NCBI RefSeq assembly: GCF_963676685.1
Contig: NC_092351.1
Coordinates: 7,874,001 to 7,938,000 of the forward strand
Length of the DNA stretch: 64,000 nt
Direction of reading: 5' to 3'
From: Mytilus edulis
Lineage: Eukaryota
Shown: in pieces, positions 24,800 through 37,351 of the stretch
Layout: every line of letters begins with the position of its first letter
How positions within the stretch are numbered: the first letter of the stretch is position 1
Position numbers and translations under genes: made by a program
Notes under the pieces: model-generated
Told to the model about the DNA's origin: nothing
Database searches by the model: none
The model's input: only the letters and a program-made list of their open reading frames with translations

Positions 24800-25410
24800 A
24801 AAACTGAAGATTGCTATCTAAATCAAAGTCCTTTTGACCATGAACTCGGGAACGGGTCTTAAAACCATCATCAAGCTGGTATGTACTGATAATGATGCAT
24901 CCTTATGGAAAATATCATTGATCTTACACAAGTAGTTCTTATCAAACAGACTTGAGCAGAAAACTTGACAGTGAAAACTGCAGATTAATTGAAAGGCACT
25001 GGACCATGACCTAGGGACAGGGACTTGAAATAGTCATCAAAACAATATGAACTGATATATGATACTATTACTATAACATGAAGTCAACTCGATAATTAAT
25101 AAGAAGGCGTCTAGACTATAAAACACACGAAACGAAACTGCATATTCTCGAGCCCTTGTCCTGTAAATTGTTTATTTTATTTTAAACCGGTGAACATGAA
25201 TTTGAAACTAGAGCCCAGTTGATAATTCTTTTTTAAAAAGTAGGAGAAAGTGCCTCAAAATAGTCATCAAGTTGATATGTCTTGATAGTACAAACATCAT
25301 TTATCAATCACAAGTAGTTCTCATCAAACAAACTGAAGCAAAAAACTTAACAACTGTTTACCCAATGACGACGACGTTGTCTTCGGCGGAATGGTAATAT
25401 AGATGTCTCA
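24800..25410. mobile_element. Possible Helentron-associated non-autonomous element (HINE-like) with degenerate internal repeats
   Basis: Repeated GACCATGA/TAGTCATCAA/CACAAGTAGTTCT blocks and a short (GAC)n run near the end. The class is inferred. Confidence 0.35.
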
Positions 25411-25699
25411 ACTACAACAAATTTCGTTTTTGGTGGGGTAAGTGATCCTTAGTCTTTAGTTTTCTATGTTGTTTTCTGTGTACTATTATTTTGTCTGTTT
25501 GTCTTTTTCTTTTTCTAGCCAGGACTTTCTCAGTTTATTTTCGATCTATGCGTTTGATTGTCCCTATGGTGTCATTCGCCCCTCTTTTACATTCAAAATA
25601 CATTGTAAAACATTTTCATAAATTCTGTGTTCATCAAACTAACTTGGAAAACGTTAAATCATTTTTTAAATGCTAAATTCACTAGCTTGTCAATGACAA

Positions 25700-26022
25700 T
25701 CAGCCTCTTGGTAGAAAATCCAAAAGTATAACAAAAGAAATAGTAATCACAAGGACTGCCACTCCTACACAACCAATATAAAATGACGACCTCCTAGGGT
25801 CTGAAGCACTGGTTCTCCGTCTGACAGCGGATGATAAATAATATTTGTTAAGAATAAGAGTATTGGTGTCAACAGTGCTTGCATGTGTCGAGTTAGGTTC
25901 ACTTGTTGGTGAATCACAGTTACATAAACATGGTTCGCTTGTTGAAAGTTCTGCTTCTTCGTCTGATGTACTCTGTTGTATGTTGGTGGTTTGGGTGCTC
26001 GATGTCATAGATGTAGTACTTT
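25700..26022 (-). CDS. C-type lectin gene, last exon: S/T-rich stalk, CxCxC, juxtamembrane motif, C-terminal TM helix
   Basis: Acceptor TTTTGCAG| at 26023-24, phase 1. Translation ESTTSMT...PCLCNCD...LSSAVRRRTSASDPRRSSFYIGCVGVAVLVITISFVILLDFLPRG*. Confidence 0.85.
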
Positions 26023-27089
26023 CTGCAAAATATGACCGTATATTAAAAAAAAGTTGAACCAAAACGTTTTATGTAAAACAAAATGTTTTAAATTATCAAT
26101 ACATCACAGCATGGGTGATAGTGAACTAAACGCTATAATTAATTGTTATTTAAGTAATTGTGAAGATGTATAAAAAAGAAGATGTGGTATGATTGCCAAT
26201 GAGACAACTATCCACAAAAGACCAAAATGATACAGTGGCTATCGTTTGTTGCTGTGATATATATTTGTTTTTCTTTCAGTATTTTGCAAGTAATTATTTA
26301 TAAATAAAAATAACTGTTCGGCAGCAAAGTTATATACCTAACTAGAGTTGATATGTAACTCTATAGTAAATACGTTAACATGACATAGGATTACTGGATC
26401 CAAGGATGGTAGTAATAGCTACTTCAAATATTGCGATACCATTGAATGGTGAAGCTATTGAAATTTGAACGTTTAACTTTTAGTTATTAACCTTTCATAA
26501 TAATTGTGAATGTGTGATTAAATCTGTAAATAAACATTTATGCAAATTAAGATAAAACTTGATTTAGATTTGTAATTACAATTGAGTAACTCTTTCATCG
26601 TACTGTTGTAATTTCTGATGTTCAAAACACAATTCACTTAAAATGCCAAAACTATATAAAATTTCGTAACTCAATAGACCACTTCCTTATAGAAATAACT
26701 GATGGGGAAGTCATTTAGATATAAGACATTCCTGCACTATCAAGGAAATTGATAATAATTTTCTTACATATTTTTTTTCATACTTTTAGAGTATAAGAAT
26801 GCCTTCCGAAGTATTGTTTTGCGGCATATTGTACCAAAAAATAAATAACACAAAAAACGAACTCCAAGGAAAACTTTGATCTTATCAAAAGTCAAAATCA
26901 AAAGCTCAAACACATCAAACAAATGGTGATAGTGAACTATGGAAAACAACTGTCATATTCCTGACTTGCTAAATATAAGTTAAACATGTCAAATATATGG
27001 GAAAAGCAGCCAATATTGTGTCATAATATTACACACTACAAACAACAAGCAAATACGTCAACAATGACATACAAAAAAAACTATATACT

Positions 27090-27625
27090 TAGTTATCAAA
27101 GGTATCAGAATTATAATTTAATACACCAGACACGCATTCGTCTACACAAGACTCATCAGAGACAATCAAATCAAAATAGTTATAAAGTCAAGCAAGTACA
27201 AAGTTGAAGAGCATTGAGGACCAAAAATTCCAAAAAAGTTGTCCCAAATACGGCTAAGGTAATCAATCTGTTGTAATCGAAGATTTATAGAAATGACCAT
27301 ATAATTTATATTCATGTCATCACCGAAGTGCGGACTACTGGGCTGGTGATACCCTCGAGGACGAAACGTCCACCAGCAGTGGTATCAACCTAGTGGTGTA
27401 AATAGTTATCAAAGGTACCAGGATTATAATTTAATACGCCAGACGCGCGTTTCGTCTACATACGACTCATCAGTGACGCTCAGATTAAAATAATTATAAA
27501 GCCAAACAAGTACAACGTTGAAGAGCATTGATGACCCAAAATTCCAAAAAAAGGTTGTGCCAAATACGGCTAAGGTAATCAATCTGTGTCTGGGATCAGA
27601 AAATCTTAGTTTTTCGAAATGTTCA
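27090..27625 (-). ncRNA. Retrozyme family A tandem copy (two hammerheads; 27436-27480 intact) in the lectin intron, sense orientation
   Basis: Reverse complement of 27436-27480 reads AGCGTCA-CTGATGA-GTC(gtatgta)GAC-GAAAC-GCGC-GTC^TGGCGT. A second degenerate copy is at ~27125-27165. Confidence 0.88.
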
Positions 27626-28073
27626 ACCAAAGGTCACCAGCAAGCACGAAAGACAAGAAACACAATTTTACCATGGCACAACAAAATACTTTACAATTTG
27701 CATCGGACCTCGCAATTTGATTAGCTAGCATGATTTTGGTTAATGCATATCAACAAAGCTTTTCAACGGCATAAGTCTGTAAGAGACGAGATTAAAAAAA
27801 ATCATCAGATTCCTTGAAATGTATTTTGTATTTATTCATGGTTCATATATCACATCAAAATGTAAAATGTTCGTGTGTGCATGTAAAGTTAATTTCGTTG
27901 CTGAGTTCTTTCATTATACTATGTTGCTTTGTATCTTTTTAAAGATGACTATTACAATTAACCTTATAGAGATCAATGTTATTGTTTCCTTAAATAATAG
28001 AAAAAAATTCAAGTAAATTTCAAACCTGATTTATGAAGCTGGTATAAAACATTCTAAATATATCTTCTTTTAC

Positions 28074-28187
28074 CTTGATATACTGCATCAAGTTGGCATA
28101 TAACACCTCTTAATGCAGTACAGTAATTGTCATGCCATCCACCCCAAGCCAAGGTCACACACTGTTCTAAGGCATTGTCTGGGTTAC
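28074..28187 (-). CDS. C-type lectin gene, third CTLD exon
   Basis: AG/GT flanked, phase 1-1. Translation GNPDNALEQCVTLAWGGWHDNYCTALRGVICQLDAVYQ. Confidence 0.88.
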
Positions 28188-29262
28188 CTAGAGATGGTAA
28201 AAACAATTTTACATGTGTAATCATGTCTACCTAATTCCATCTGGCTTTCAAACACAAAATAATAATCATTTGATTCATTTTGGCCAAAAACTTATATTAG
28301 TTAAGAGAGAATTTATGGAATAGGACAAATACAGTTATTAGAAAACTGAATCAAGGTTGGGTATGCCCATGTGTGTGTCTGCTCGTTTTTACCCCATGTT
28401 TGTTAAAGCTAAGAATGTCCCATAAATATATAGTGTGCATGAATTGTTTCTTAAATAACTGCTAGAACAAAAAAAATAATTCTTTGAATTCATAACCTAC
28501 ACATTTATGCAATTGTTAGTCATATTTTTTCTAGTAAAGCTACCATCATATCGACATTTGACATTTCGTAACTAGGGAGCCACAATTGCTGAAATCAGTA
28601 AATGCAATAATAATGCAAAAGAATAGGAAACAAAACAACACCTACCTCAAAACTACGTTTTGATGCAATATGATCTGAGTTTTGATGGTTCACGTAACGG
28701 AAATCCTTTAGCTTAATCGTTTTCATGTGTATGACGTCATATTTTAAAATTACGTTAACGCGCTAAAAGCATTATTAGAATTTTGTTTTAGTTTGATTTT
28801 GGTTTTTTTCCTAGCTCTTATGTATTAATTCTTTTTGTTTATGCATCAGAATAAGGGTAAGGGTTCGTTGTTTTTTCAATTGCAATTTTGAACACAGCGA
28901 AATTGGCGTAGCGTTTGCACATGCATGTGGATTTACGTAGGAGTAAATTATAACAGCCATTATTATGAATATCTCAGAGTTGGCGCTTAGTAAGATTTAT
29001 CGAGAATTTTATCACGATTTTGTTTACAAAGCGAAAGAATCACCACAGATAAGATTTTATCACTTGCTATAGGCTCTTCTGTAAATGTAGACAATGTAAT
29101 GTCCTATAGGAACTCCCTTTACGTCTAAAATTGTGCAACTATTACTTAATAGTGCTTGCAAGAATAATAACTTTCACTTCATTTGAAACCAAAATATATA
29201 TATTTCCCATTTGAGGACTGTTATACATTTAACATCGGTAAAATATTGTAGTCTTTATTTAC

Positions 29263-29360
29263 CATTTATCCAATCAGTAAATGTTGCTGAAGAACCATCT
29301 TCCCATGTCCATTTATTGTTTCCATCATAGTCTGTCAAACCTATCCAGAACCAACCAACT
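29263..29360 (-). CDS. C-type lectin gene, second CTLD exon
   Basis: AG/GT flanked, phase 2-1. Translation VGWFWIGLTDYDGNNKWTWEDGSSATFTDWIN, containing the WIGL motif. Confidence 0.9.
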
Positions 29361-29499
29361 CTACCAAAACATAGATAAACATATATATATGGATGGATTA
29401 CAAGATGTTACAAAATGAAATTTCATTATTAATTTAATACCAGAAAAATAACAGAAAACAATAAACTTGCGGAAAAGATTGTATACCACATCATATCTG

Positions 29500-29535
29500 G
29501 ATTTCGACAATTAATGTCTCTTCAGTAATTTTAGG
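29500..29535 (-). ncRNA. Decayed family B hammerhead relic in a lectin intron
   Basis: Reverse complement reads CTGAAGA-GACA(ttaat)TGTC-GAAA. Stems I and III are degenerate. Confidence 0.5.
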
Positions 29536-29713
29536 CATCGAAACGGTGTTTGGAAGTCCATCTAATTTACTTCAATTTAAGATCGATTTGTATACTCAAT
29601 TTCGTCATATTTTATACGAAAATATATCAATACATATACATCAAAAAAGCATAACTATCATGGCGCTGGTAATTGTCATTATATAAAGTATTATGAACAC
29701 ACGTTTCACTCAC

Positions 29714-29903
29714 ATCGATTCAAATAGCTCTATGACAGTATTTTCTTCTGCTGTCTTCGGCATCACTAAAGTTGAATTGAAATGTTCATCTCGACACAAT
29801 TCCTTGCCTTCCTGGTATATAACACCTGAACTTTGATGTAGAATTACTTTATAACAACGTGTTCCCTCCAGCTGCCAGCTTGAATTATCACAATACATCG
29901 TAG
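29714..29903 (-). CDS. C-type lectin gene, first CTLD exon (upstream signal-peptide exon not found)
   Basis: Acceptor TTTTAACAG| and donor |GTGAGT, phase 1-2. Translation TMYCDNSSWQLEGTRCYKV...ELCRDEHFNSTLVMPKTAEEN. Splices in frame to the next exon. Confidence 0.88.
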
Positions 29904-30206
29904 CTGTTAAAATATTTATAAAAGCCATAAACATTAATTTATAAAAGAAACGTTTAAACTTACATAGTAATAGACTACCGTACCTTGACCTATGATGGTT
30001 ATGACTTTGATGGAGAAATGTCTCATTGGCACTCATACCACATTTTATGATATCTATCTATAAATAATTTTATTTTGGATGTAACGCGTCTTCTGATTGG
30101 TTGACGTTATTTTGTTATGAGCCCATAGACATAATTTAGTCATGTGACCGTGACGTCATCAACGTTTTTCATGGTTTTCTACGGTTTGAAATGGAATTTA
30201 GAATTA

Positions 30207-30369
30207 AATTATAAGAAATGACTGTAATATTTTTTCTGTCTATTCGAAATAACATAAAAAATGAGATGCACACTGTTAAATAACCCGCTACGCGCGTTAT
30301 TCAGTGTGCACCAAATTTTTTATGTTGTTTCTTTATAGACAGAAAAAATATTACAGTCATTCCTTAAAT
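30207..30369. repeat. ~160-bp imperfect palindrome (hairpin MITE-like)
   Basis: AATGACTGTAATATTTTTTCTGTCTAT..ACATAAAAAAT..TGCACACTG is mirrored by CAGTGTGCA..ATTTTTTATGT..ATAGACAGAAAAAATATTACAGTCATT. Confidence 0.85.
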
Positions 30370-30671
30370 GTCTGTATCATTTGGTCTCTTTTGAAGAGTA
30401 ATATCATTGGTTATCATACCATATCGACTTTTTATATCTTATATTTTTAGTATTTAATCTTACAAAATAAAAAGGATCTACAAGTGTTCTGACTAATGAT
30501 AAGAATAACATTGTTAGTAGATAGATATAGGAAGATGTGGTATGAGTGCCAATGAGACAACTCTCCATCCTAGTCACAATTATAAAAGTTAACCATTATA
30601 GGTCAAGGTACGGTTTTAAACACGGAGCCTAGGCTCATGTTTTATGCATGTTTTGTCCAAAAAAAAAAAGA

Positions 30672-31127
30672 GTCTGTTGTTATTTATGTATTATTGTCAT
30701 TTTGTTTATTTTCTTTGGTTACATCTTCTGACATCAGACTCGGATTTCTCTTGAACTGAATTTTAATGTGCGTATTGTTATGCGTTTACTTTACTACATT
30801 GGTTAGAGGTATAGGGGGAGGGTTGAGATCTCACAAACATGTTTAACCCCGCCGCATTTTTGCGCCTGTCCCAAGTCAGGAGCCTCTGGCCTTTGTTAGT
30901 CTTGTATTATTTTAATTTTAGTTTCTTGTGTACAATTTGGAAATTAGTATGGCGTTCATTATCACTGGACTAGTATATATTTGTTTAGGGGCCAGCTAAA
31001 GGACGCCTCCGGGTGCGGGAATTTCTCGCTACATTGAAGACCTGTTGGTGACCCTCTGCTGTTGTTTTTTATTTGGTCGGGTTGTTGTCTCTTTGACACA
31101 TTCCCCATTTCCATTCTCAATTTTATT
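30672..31127 (+). mobile_element. 5'-truncated copy of the Naiad family 3 UTR / SINE-like repeat, preceded by an A-run
   Basis: Colinear with 19062-19522. Confidence 0.85.
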
Positions 31128-31351
31128 TAGTTAAGCCTGGTGGTATTAGATAACATTATTTTTTTTATCAACAATAGTTAAATGCATCATTTCATTAACT
31201 ATTCATGCATTAAAAGTGTACCTCTACACCATCGTTTGTGGATGTTAACACTACGATGAAATTCTATGTGGTACTTTTCTTTTCATTATTCAAATTCAAT
31301 AATACCATCATAACACATCGTCTGGTTGATGAATGGGATTCTTTAGCGCTT

Positions 31352-32547
31352 ATCTGGATATTGCCTTCCCCAGAAACCGTCAAACCCTATCTTTGATTGC
31401 CTTCCCCAGAAACCGTCAAACCTTATCTTTGATTGCCTTCCCCAGAAACCGTCAAACCCTATCTTTGATTGCCTTCCCCAGAAACCGTCAAACCCTATCT
31501 TTGATTGCCTTCCCCAGAAACCGTCAAACCCTATCTTTGATTGCCTTCCCCAGAAACCGTCAAACCCTATCTTTGATTGCCTTCCCCAGAAACCGTCAAA
31601 CCCTATCTTTGTTCACCAGAAACCGTCAAACCCTATCTTTGTTCACCAGAAACCGTCAAACCCTATCTTTGAAAGCATATAATCTGGATATTGCCTTCCC
31701 CAGAAACCGTCAAACCCTATCTTTGAAAGCATACAATGTGGATATTGCCTTCACCAGACACCGTCAAACCGCCTATCTTTGAAAGCAAATAATGTGGATA
31801 TTGCCTTCACCAGACACCGTCAAACCGCCTATCTTTGAAAGCATATAATGTGGATATTGCCTTCACCAGACACCGTCAAACCGCCTATCTTTGAAAGCAT
31901 ATAATGTGGATATTGCCTTCACCAGACACCGTCAAACCCTATCTTTGAAAGCATATAATGTGGATATTGCCTTCACCAGACACCGTCAAACCCTATCTTT
32001 GAAAGCATATAATGTGGATATTGCCTTCACCAGACACCGTCAAACCGCCTATCTTTGAAAGCATATAATGTGGATATTGCCTTCACCAGACACCGTCAAA
32101 CCCTATCTTTGAAAGCATATAATGTGGATATTGCCTTCACCAGACACCGTCAAACCCTATCTTTGAAAGCATATAATGTGGATATTGCCTTCACCAGACA
32201 CCGTCAAACCGCCTATCTTTGAAAGCATATAATGTGGATATTGCCTTCACCAGACACCGTCAAACCCTATCTTTGAAAGCATATAATGTGGATATTGCCT
32301 TCACCAGACACCGTCAAACCGCCTATCTTTGAAAGCATATAATGTGGATATTGCCTTCACCAGACACCGTCAAACCCTATCTTTACCCTATCTTTGAAAG
32401 CATATAATGTATCAATAAGCCTTCCCCAGACACCGTCAAACCCTATCTTTGATTGCCTTCACCAGACACCGTCAAACCCTATCTTTGAAAGGCCTTCCCC
32501 AGACACCGTCAAACCCTATCTTTGAAAGCATATAATGTATCAATAAG
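31352..32547. repeat. Compound minisatellite with 36-, 30-, 54- and 56-bp units sharing core CCAGA.ACCGTCAAACC..TATCTTTG
   Basis: Direct read. The ORF at 31333-31782 is a by-product of the repeat. Confidence 0.95.
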
Positions 32548-33682
32548 TAGAAACGCTCAATTTTGCTACGGTAAACTTTCTCTGAGGGAAATTGAACCTT
32601 ACTTTTTTAGTTGTTTTTTAATATATCGAAGGGACATTCTAAATAATATTTTATAAATCATGTAGAAAATGAAAATGACACTTTACAAAATTCGTGCTTT
32701 TATTAATTAACCTGTATAAGAAATCATCATACGTAAACCTTAGAACCGCGATCAGACACAGTAATGCGTAATGAACCTAGTGTTTGAAAATAGAAATATT
32801 CTTGAGAAATGTGGGGCGTCTACAATGCTTCTGTGGATTTGTTTCCCTCAGTTACTCTCAAAACTCCAAAATTGGAAAGCAAAAGGATCTGCGTTACCTC
32901 CGTTTTTAATCGGAGCTTAATAAATAATTGCAGAAGTGTAAAAGAGGTGTTTCGTTTTATATTTTTCAGTTTATTAAGTGTCGATCAATAATAGCCATGA
33001 AAAGACAGGTTGTATCATTTTTGTCTTACAAATCTTATTGAAAACCCTTATTTTAGAATTAATTGGTTATAAGCTCAAATGAAATCATATTTTGTATTAT
33101 CATATATTTAGACTTAATAACATATGGTTTTTACTGTATGATAACAACATTAAATAATCGTAAATTCCATATTTTTCGAATTGGTGCGTAGCGGGGTGAT
33201 ATGAAAATGTCTTTCCGTAACGTTATCGCATGGCATTCCGGTGATACTCTGCAAATTCCGGAAAATACACCTCAATGCTACGTTTTCAGTGAAAAAACAT
33301 TACAAAGTAGTGTACAAAACAATTATTTGGATACTGAAAAGTATATTGTGTAAAATAATAAAAAACAAAAAAACAAAAACAAAAATTAAATAAATGCATT
33401 TTTAAAAGTTTCAAACATAATTTAGAAAGTTGACTTTTCCAAACAGTGTTCATTATGTATATTGTTGAAATTATTTTTTTTTGTGTATTCGTCCAATTTA
33501 AAATATGTTTTTTCTTTGTTGACGCATATGATAGAAAGATTTCATATCGAGTGTACTAAATCTGGGGTCCGACGTCCGTGAACTTTTCAATCTTTGAACT
33601 TCTATTTTTAAACCACGTAAAAGGATTAATATATGAATCTGTTATTTTTCTCCATTGTTGAAGCATATGATAAAAAGATCAT

Positions 33683-33810
33683 AGCATGTCATTTTTCATA
33701 TCGCATGTATTATCAATCCTCGGTCAATATCAGCCATCGAGCCATGCGGCTCTTGGGCTGATATTGAACCTAAGGCTGATAATACATGCGATATGAAAAA
33801 TGCCATGTAA
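33683..33810. repeat. ~125-bp imperfect palindrome (hairpin MITE-like)
   Basis: CATTTTTCATATCGCATGTATTATCA..TCAATATCAGCC is mirrored by GGCTGATATTGA..TGATAATACATGCGATATGAAAAATG. Confidence 0.85.
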
Positions 33811-36059
33811 TAATCTGATAGTATTATGTTTAGAAATGTATCTAAAAAATATTTTTTTATAGATATTTATATCTAAAGATTATTTATGAAGTGTCCGTAA
33901 CTAAGGAAATGATTCTATTTCTAGTCCAAAATGTTGAATATTGTTTTCTTTTCTTTTTTTTTTTAATTTCATGGTTTCCTTCCTCCTATTTCAATCCGTA
34001 CATATACAAGCATGCAAAATTGTTAAACATCTGTAATACCTTAATGGAAAGCACTAAAAAAGCAATTCAATGAACACAAGTATATTCGAAGGTAAGTTGT
34101 GCTTTACAGTCAAAAGATAATGTTAAAGAATCATATTTTCAGGAAATTCTGTATAAACCAAAAAAGTATCATTTTTATAGAATTGATGGGGAAAGTAGTC
34201 AGTGCGTATTGTATTGGATCATCATCATTTCTTTATATTTAAGACAACAGCGAAAGTGTACGGATTTCCTCTTCAGAAACATATTCTACTACATTCTCTC
34301 CTTTAAATAAAAAGCAACTACTTAGTTTAGATATGTGTAGGGTTTTATTTCAGTTGTGAAATGAAATAATGCTCCATTCAATATCAACATGTATGTTAGT
34401 TGACATTTGAAATTAGATTTATATAAATCTATTATATTACAATCGAACAGCATTATGTTCTTAAAAAATGTAAATATTGATATCAAATACACTTTAATGT
34501 GTTACTAATGTCAAAAGTAAAATCACAAAAATACTGAACTCAGAGGAAAATCAATTCGGAAAGTCCATAATCACATGGCAAAATTAAATAACAATACACA
34601 TCAAAAACGAATGGACAAGAACTGTCATATTCCTGACTTGGTACAGGCATTTTCAAATGTAGAAAATGGTGGGTTAAACCTGGTTTTATAGCGCTAACCC
34701 TCTCACTTAGATGACAGTCTCATCAAATTCCGTTATATTTACAATGATGCGTTAACTAAACAAACACATTAAATAAAATAGTCAAAATATGGGTACAACA
34801 GTCATCATCGTGTAATAGTTTTATAAGGAACAATTTAACAGAACACAAAAACATCTATAAAACACATTCATTGATTTGCGTAAAGTTGTCTATTTTGAGA
34901 ATATCAAAAACAATAGATCTGTGAAGTGTCGGTAACTCAAATAATTTACTTTTAATTACTGTTAACATGAGAAATTCATTTTATTTTGTGATTTAATTTC
35001 CAAGGCACTATTTGTCAACTTCAAGTTTTTGTGAACTACACGTATTTCATCTTTCAATTCAATTTTCTATTCTTACAATAATTCTATTTTTTACTTTTTA
35101 CTCAAGGATGGTAGTATACTTCTGCAGGATTCAAACATATTTTTTGTTTGTTTTTTGTTTGTTAGTATTTTGTTAATTGATTGTATTTTAATTATCTTTG
35201 TGCCGTACACTTGTGATATTTTATTAAAGACACACATTTCCAAAGGTTAAATAGAGAAAGTTACGTACCCAGCGATTACCCAACCAGATCAATAGAGAAT
35301 ATAAAACTTTTTTTTTCAGTAATCAAACTTAAAACATTAATTATTCAGGATCACTTGTTTTCTATTGTTCTGACATTTATTATTGTTCAGCTAGCAACCT
35401 TGCTGTTTCTTCTTTGTGTTTTATCCGTTTGTATATTAAAAATCGTTTTTGGTATACAAAAATAAAATAAAAATATTCAAACTAGTATTCAATATTATTT
35501 ACCATGATTAAAAATTATTGATTATATCTGATACTTTCTAGCAAGTTTAGTATATTCATGCTTTTTTGATAAATGTGAGATTAAATATATGGAAAAAAAG
35601 ATGTAGTATGATTGCCTATTAGACAACTCTCCACAAGAGATCAAATGACACAGAAATTAATAACTTTACGTCACCGTAACAATTCAAACGAGAAAACTAA
35701 CGGCCTTATTTGTGTACAAAAAGAAGGAAATTTCTATATGATATCATTCAAAACATAAATCATACATTGATCCGTGATAAATAAAGGCAACAGCAGTATA
35801 CCGGTGTGCAAAGGTCATAAACCCATTGAGAGAAAACAAATCTGAGTTACAAACTAGAACCAATAGAAACACATCCACTCCAAGAGGAACACACACGAAC
35901 AACAGGAACACTGAAGTGACAAACCAAAACAACTGTCTCATTCCTGACATGGTACAGGACATTAGAATACAAAATGGTTAATTGAACCTGGTTAAAAGGC
36001 AACAGCAGTATACCGGTGTGCAAAGTTTTTTGGCGTATTGAATTTTAAACCTGATGCTT

Positions 36060-36562
36060 TTTGTTATTCATTAATCATGTGTTTCTTTATTTAATACGTT
36101 CTCCTATTAATTTGTATTGTAGTCCTGTATTATTATGTTGTCATTTCAATGTTATATTTAACATTGCCATTAAAGTGCGAGGTTTGGCATGCCACAAAAC
36201 CAGGTTCAACCCACCATTTTTTCCCTTTAAAAAATGTCCTGTACCAAGTCAGGAATATGGCCATTGCTTTTATTATAGTTCGTTTCTGTGTGTGTTACAA
36301 TTTATTGACATTGCGATAAGACGTGTCACGGTACTTGTCTATCCCAAATTCTTGTATTTGGTTTTGATGTTATATTTGTTATTCTCGTGGGATTTTGTCT
36401 GATGCTTGGTCCGTTTCTGTGTGTGTTACATTGTAGTGTTGTTTCGTTGTTCTCCTCTTATATTTATGCGTTTCCCTCAGTTTTAGTTTGTTATCCCGAT
36501 TTTGTTTTTTGTCCATGGATTTATGAGTTTGAACAGCGGTATACTACTGTTGCCTTTATTTA
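36060..36562 (+). mobile_element. SINE-like repeat (core GGTTCAACCCACC..TGTACCAAGTCAGGAATATG, tail GCGGTATACTACTGTTGCCTTTATTT)
   Basis: Related minus-strand copies at ~10970-11240, 34515-34700 and 35778-36025. Confidence 0.65.
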
Positions 36563-37075
36563 ACGGCTAGCCAAAACTCTCGCTTTATGACAAAGTTAAA
36601 TAATATCTCTGAAATAAAAACACTACGTTAAAGAAATACAGTTAAGAAAACCGCAAAAACAAAAAATATTACAATCGACACAACATGCAAACTGCATACC
36701 ACCAACGAACACATGCCATCAACGACAACCACATCATGTTGTTAAAAAAACAGTTACGTGCTTTCGTAACTAACATACAATCTCGAATTTCAATTTTTAA
36801 GTTCATTATTATGCACTTTTTTTAGATTTTGCGTCTTCGGAAATATATTCAATTCTATACTATTTGAATACGTAGAAATGAGTTATAAACAAGTAGCTTA
36901 TTCTATCAAAAGTCTACTTTTTCTGAGGAATTTGGAAAGTAAGTTTTCTAACATTTTTTAAATTTATCAACAGGAAATGACAAATCAAATGTTTATAAAT
37001 TATGTCAGCAATGAAGCACAGCGGTATCAACTCAGTACTAGTGAATGAATTGAATTCTTTTGATATGAATATTGT

Positions 37076-37118
37076 GCGTTCGAAGGTGTTTCATGATTTA
37101 TCGTCATCAGCAACGTTT
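37076..37118 (-). ncRNA. Decayed family C hammerhead relic
   Basis: Reverse complement AAACGTTG-CTGATGA-cgataaatcat-GAAA-cacc-TTC-GAACGC aligns to 24653-24696. Confidence 0.55.
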
Positions 37119-37147
37119 CGATGAATTTATTATGCAATCTTTTGCGT

Positions 37148-37351
37148 TTAAAGACAATAACAATCAAAACAAAGGAGTAAACAAAGACAAAACCAAGGCT
37201 CATTTACATCAACAGTTATAAATAATAAATAAGAAACAACACGAACTCCACTAAAAATCGGGAGTGAAATCAGGTGCTCCGGAAGGGTAAGCATTTCCTG
37301 CACCATATACGGCACCCGTCGTGTTATTTCTTTGTTCAGTTCTGTAATGAT
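37148..37351 (-). mobile_element. Naiad-like family 2 3' tail with intact structured motif (37238-37325)
   Basis: Reverse complement of 15520-15710. Continues for a few nt after 38860. Confidence 0.85.

Noticed and set aside
31333-31782. 149-aa repetitive ORF
   Set aside because: It arises from minisatellite units with lengths divisible by 3 and breaks at the first 56-bp unit.
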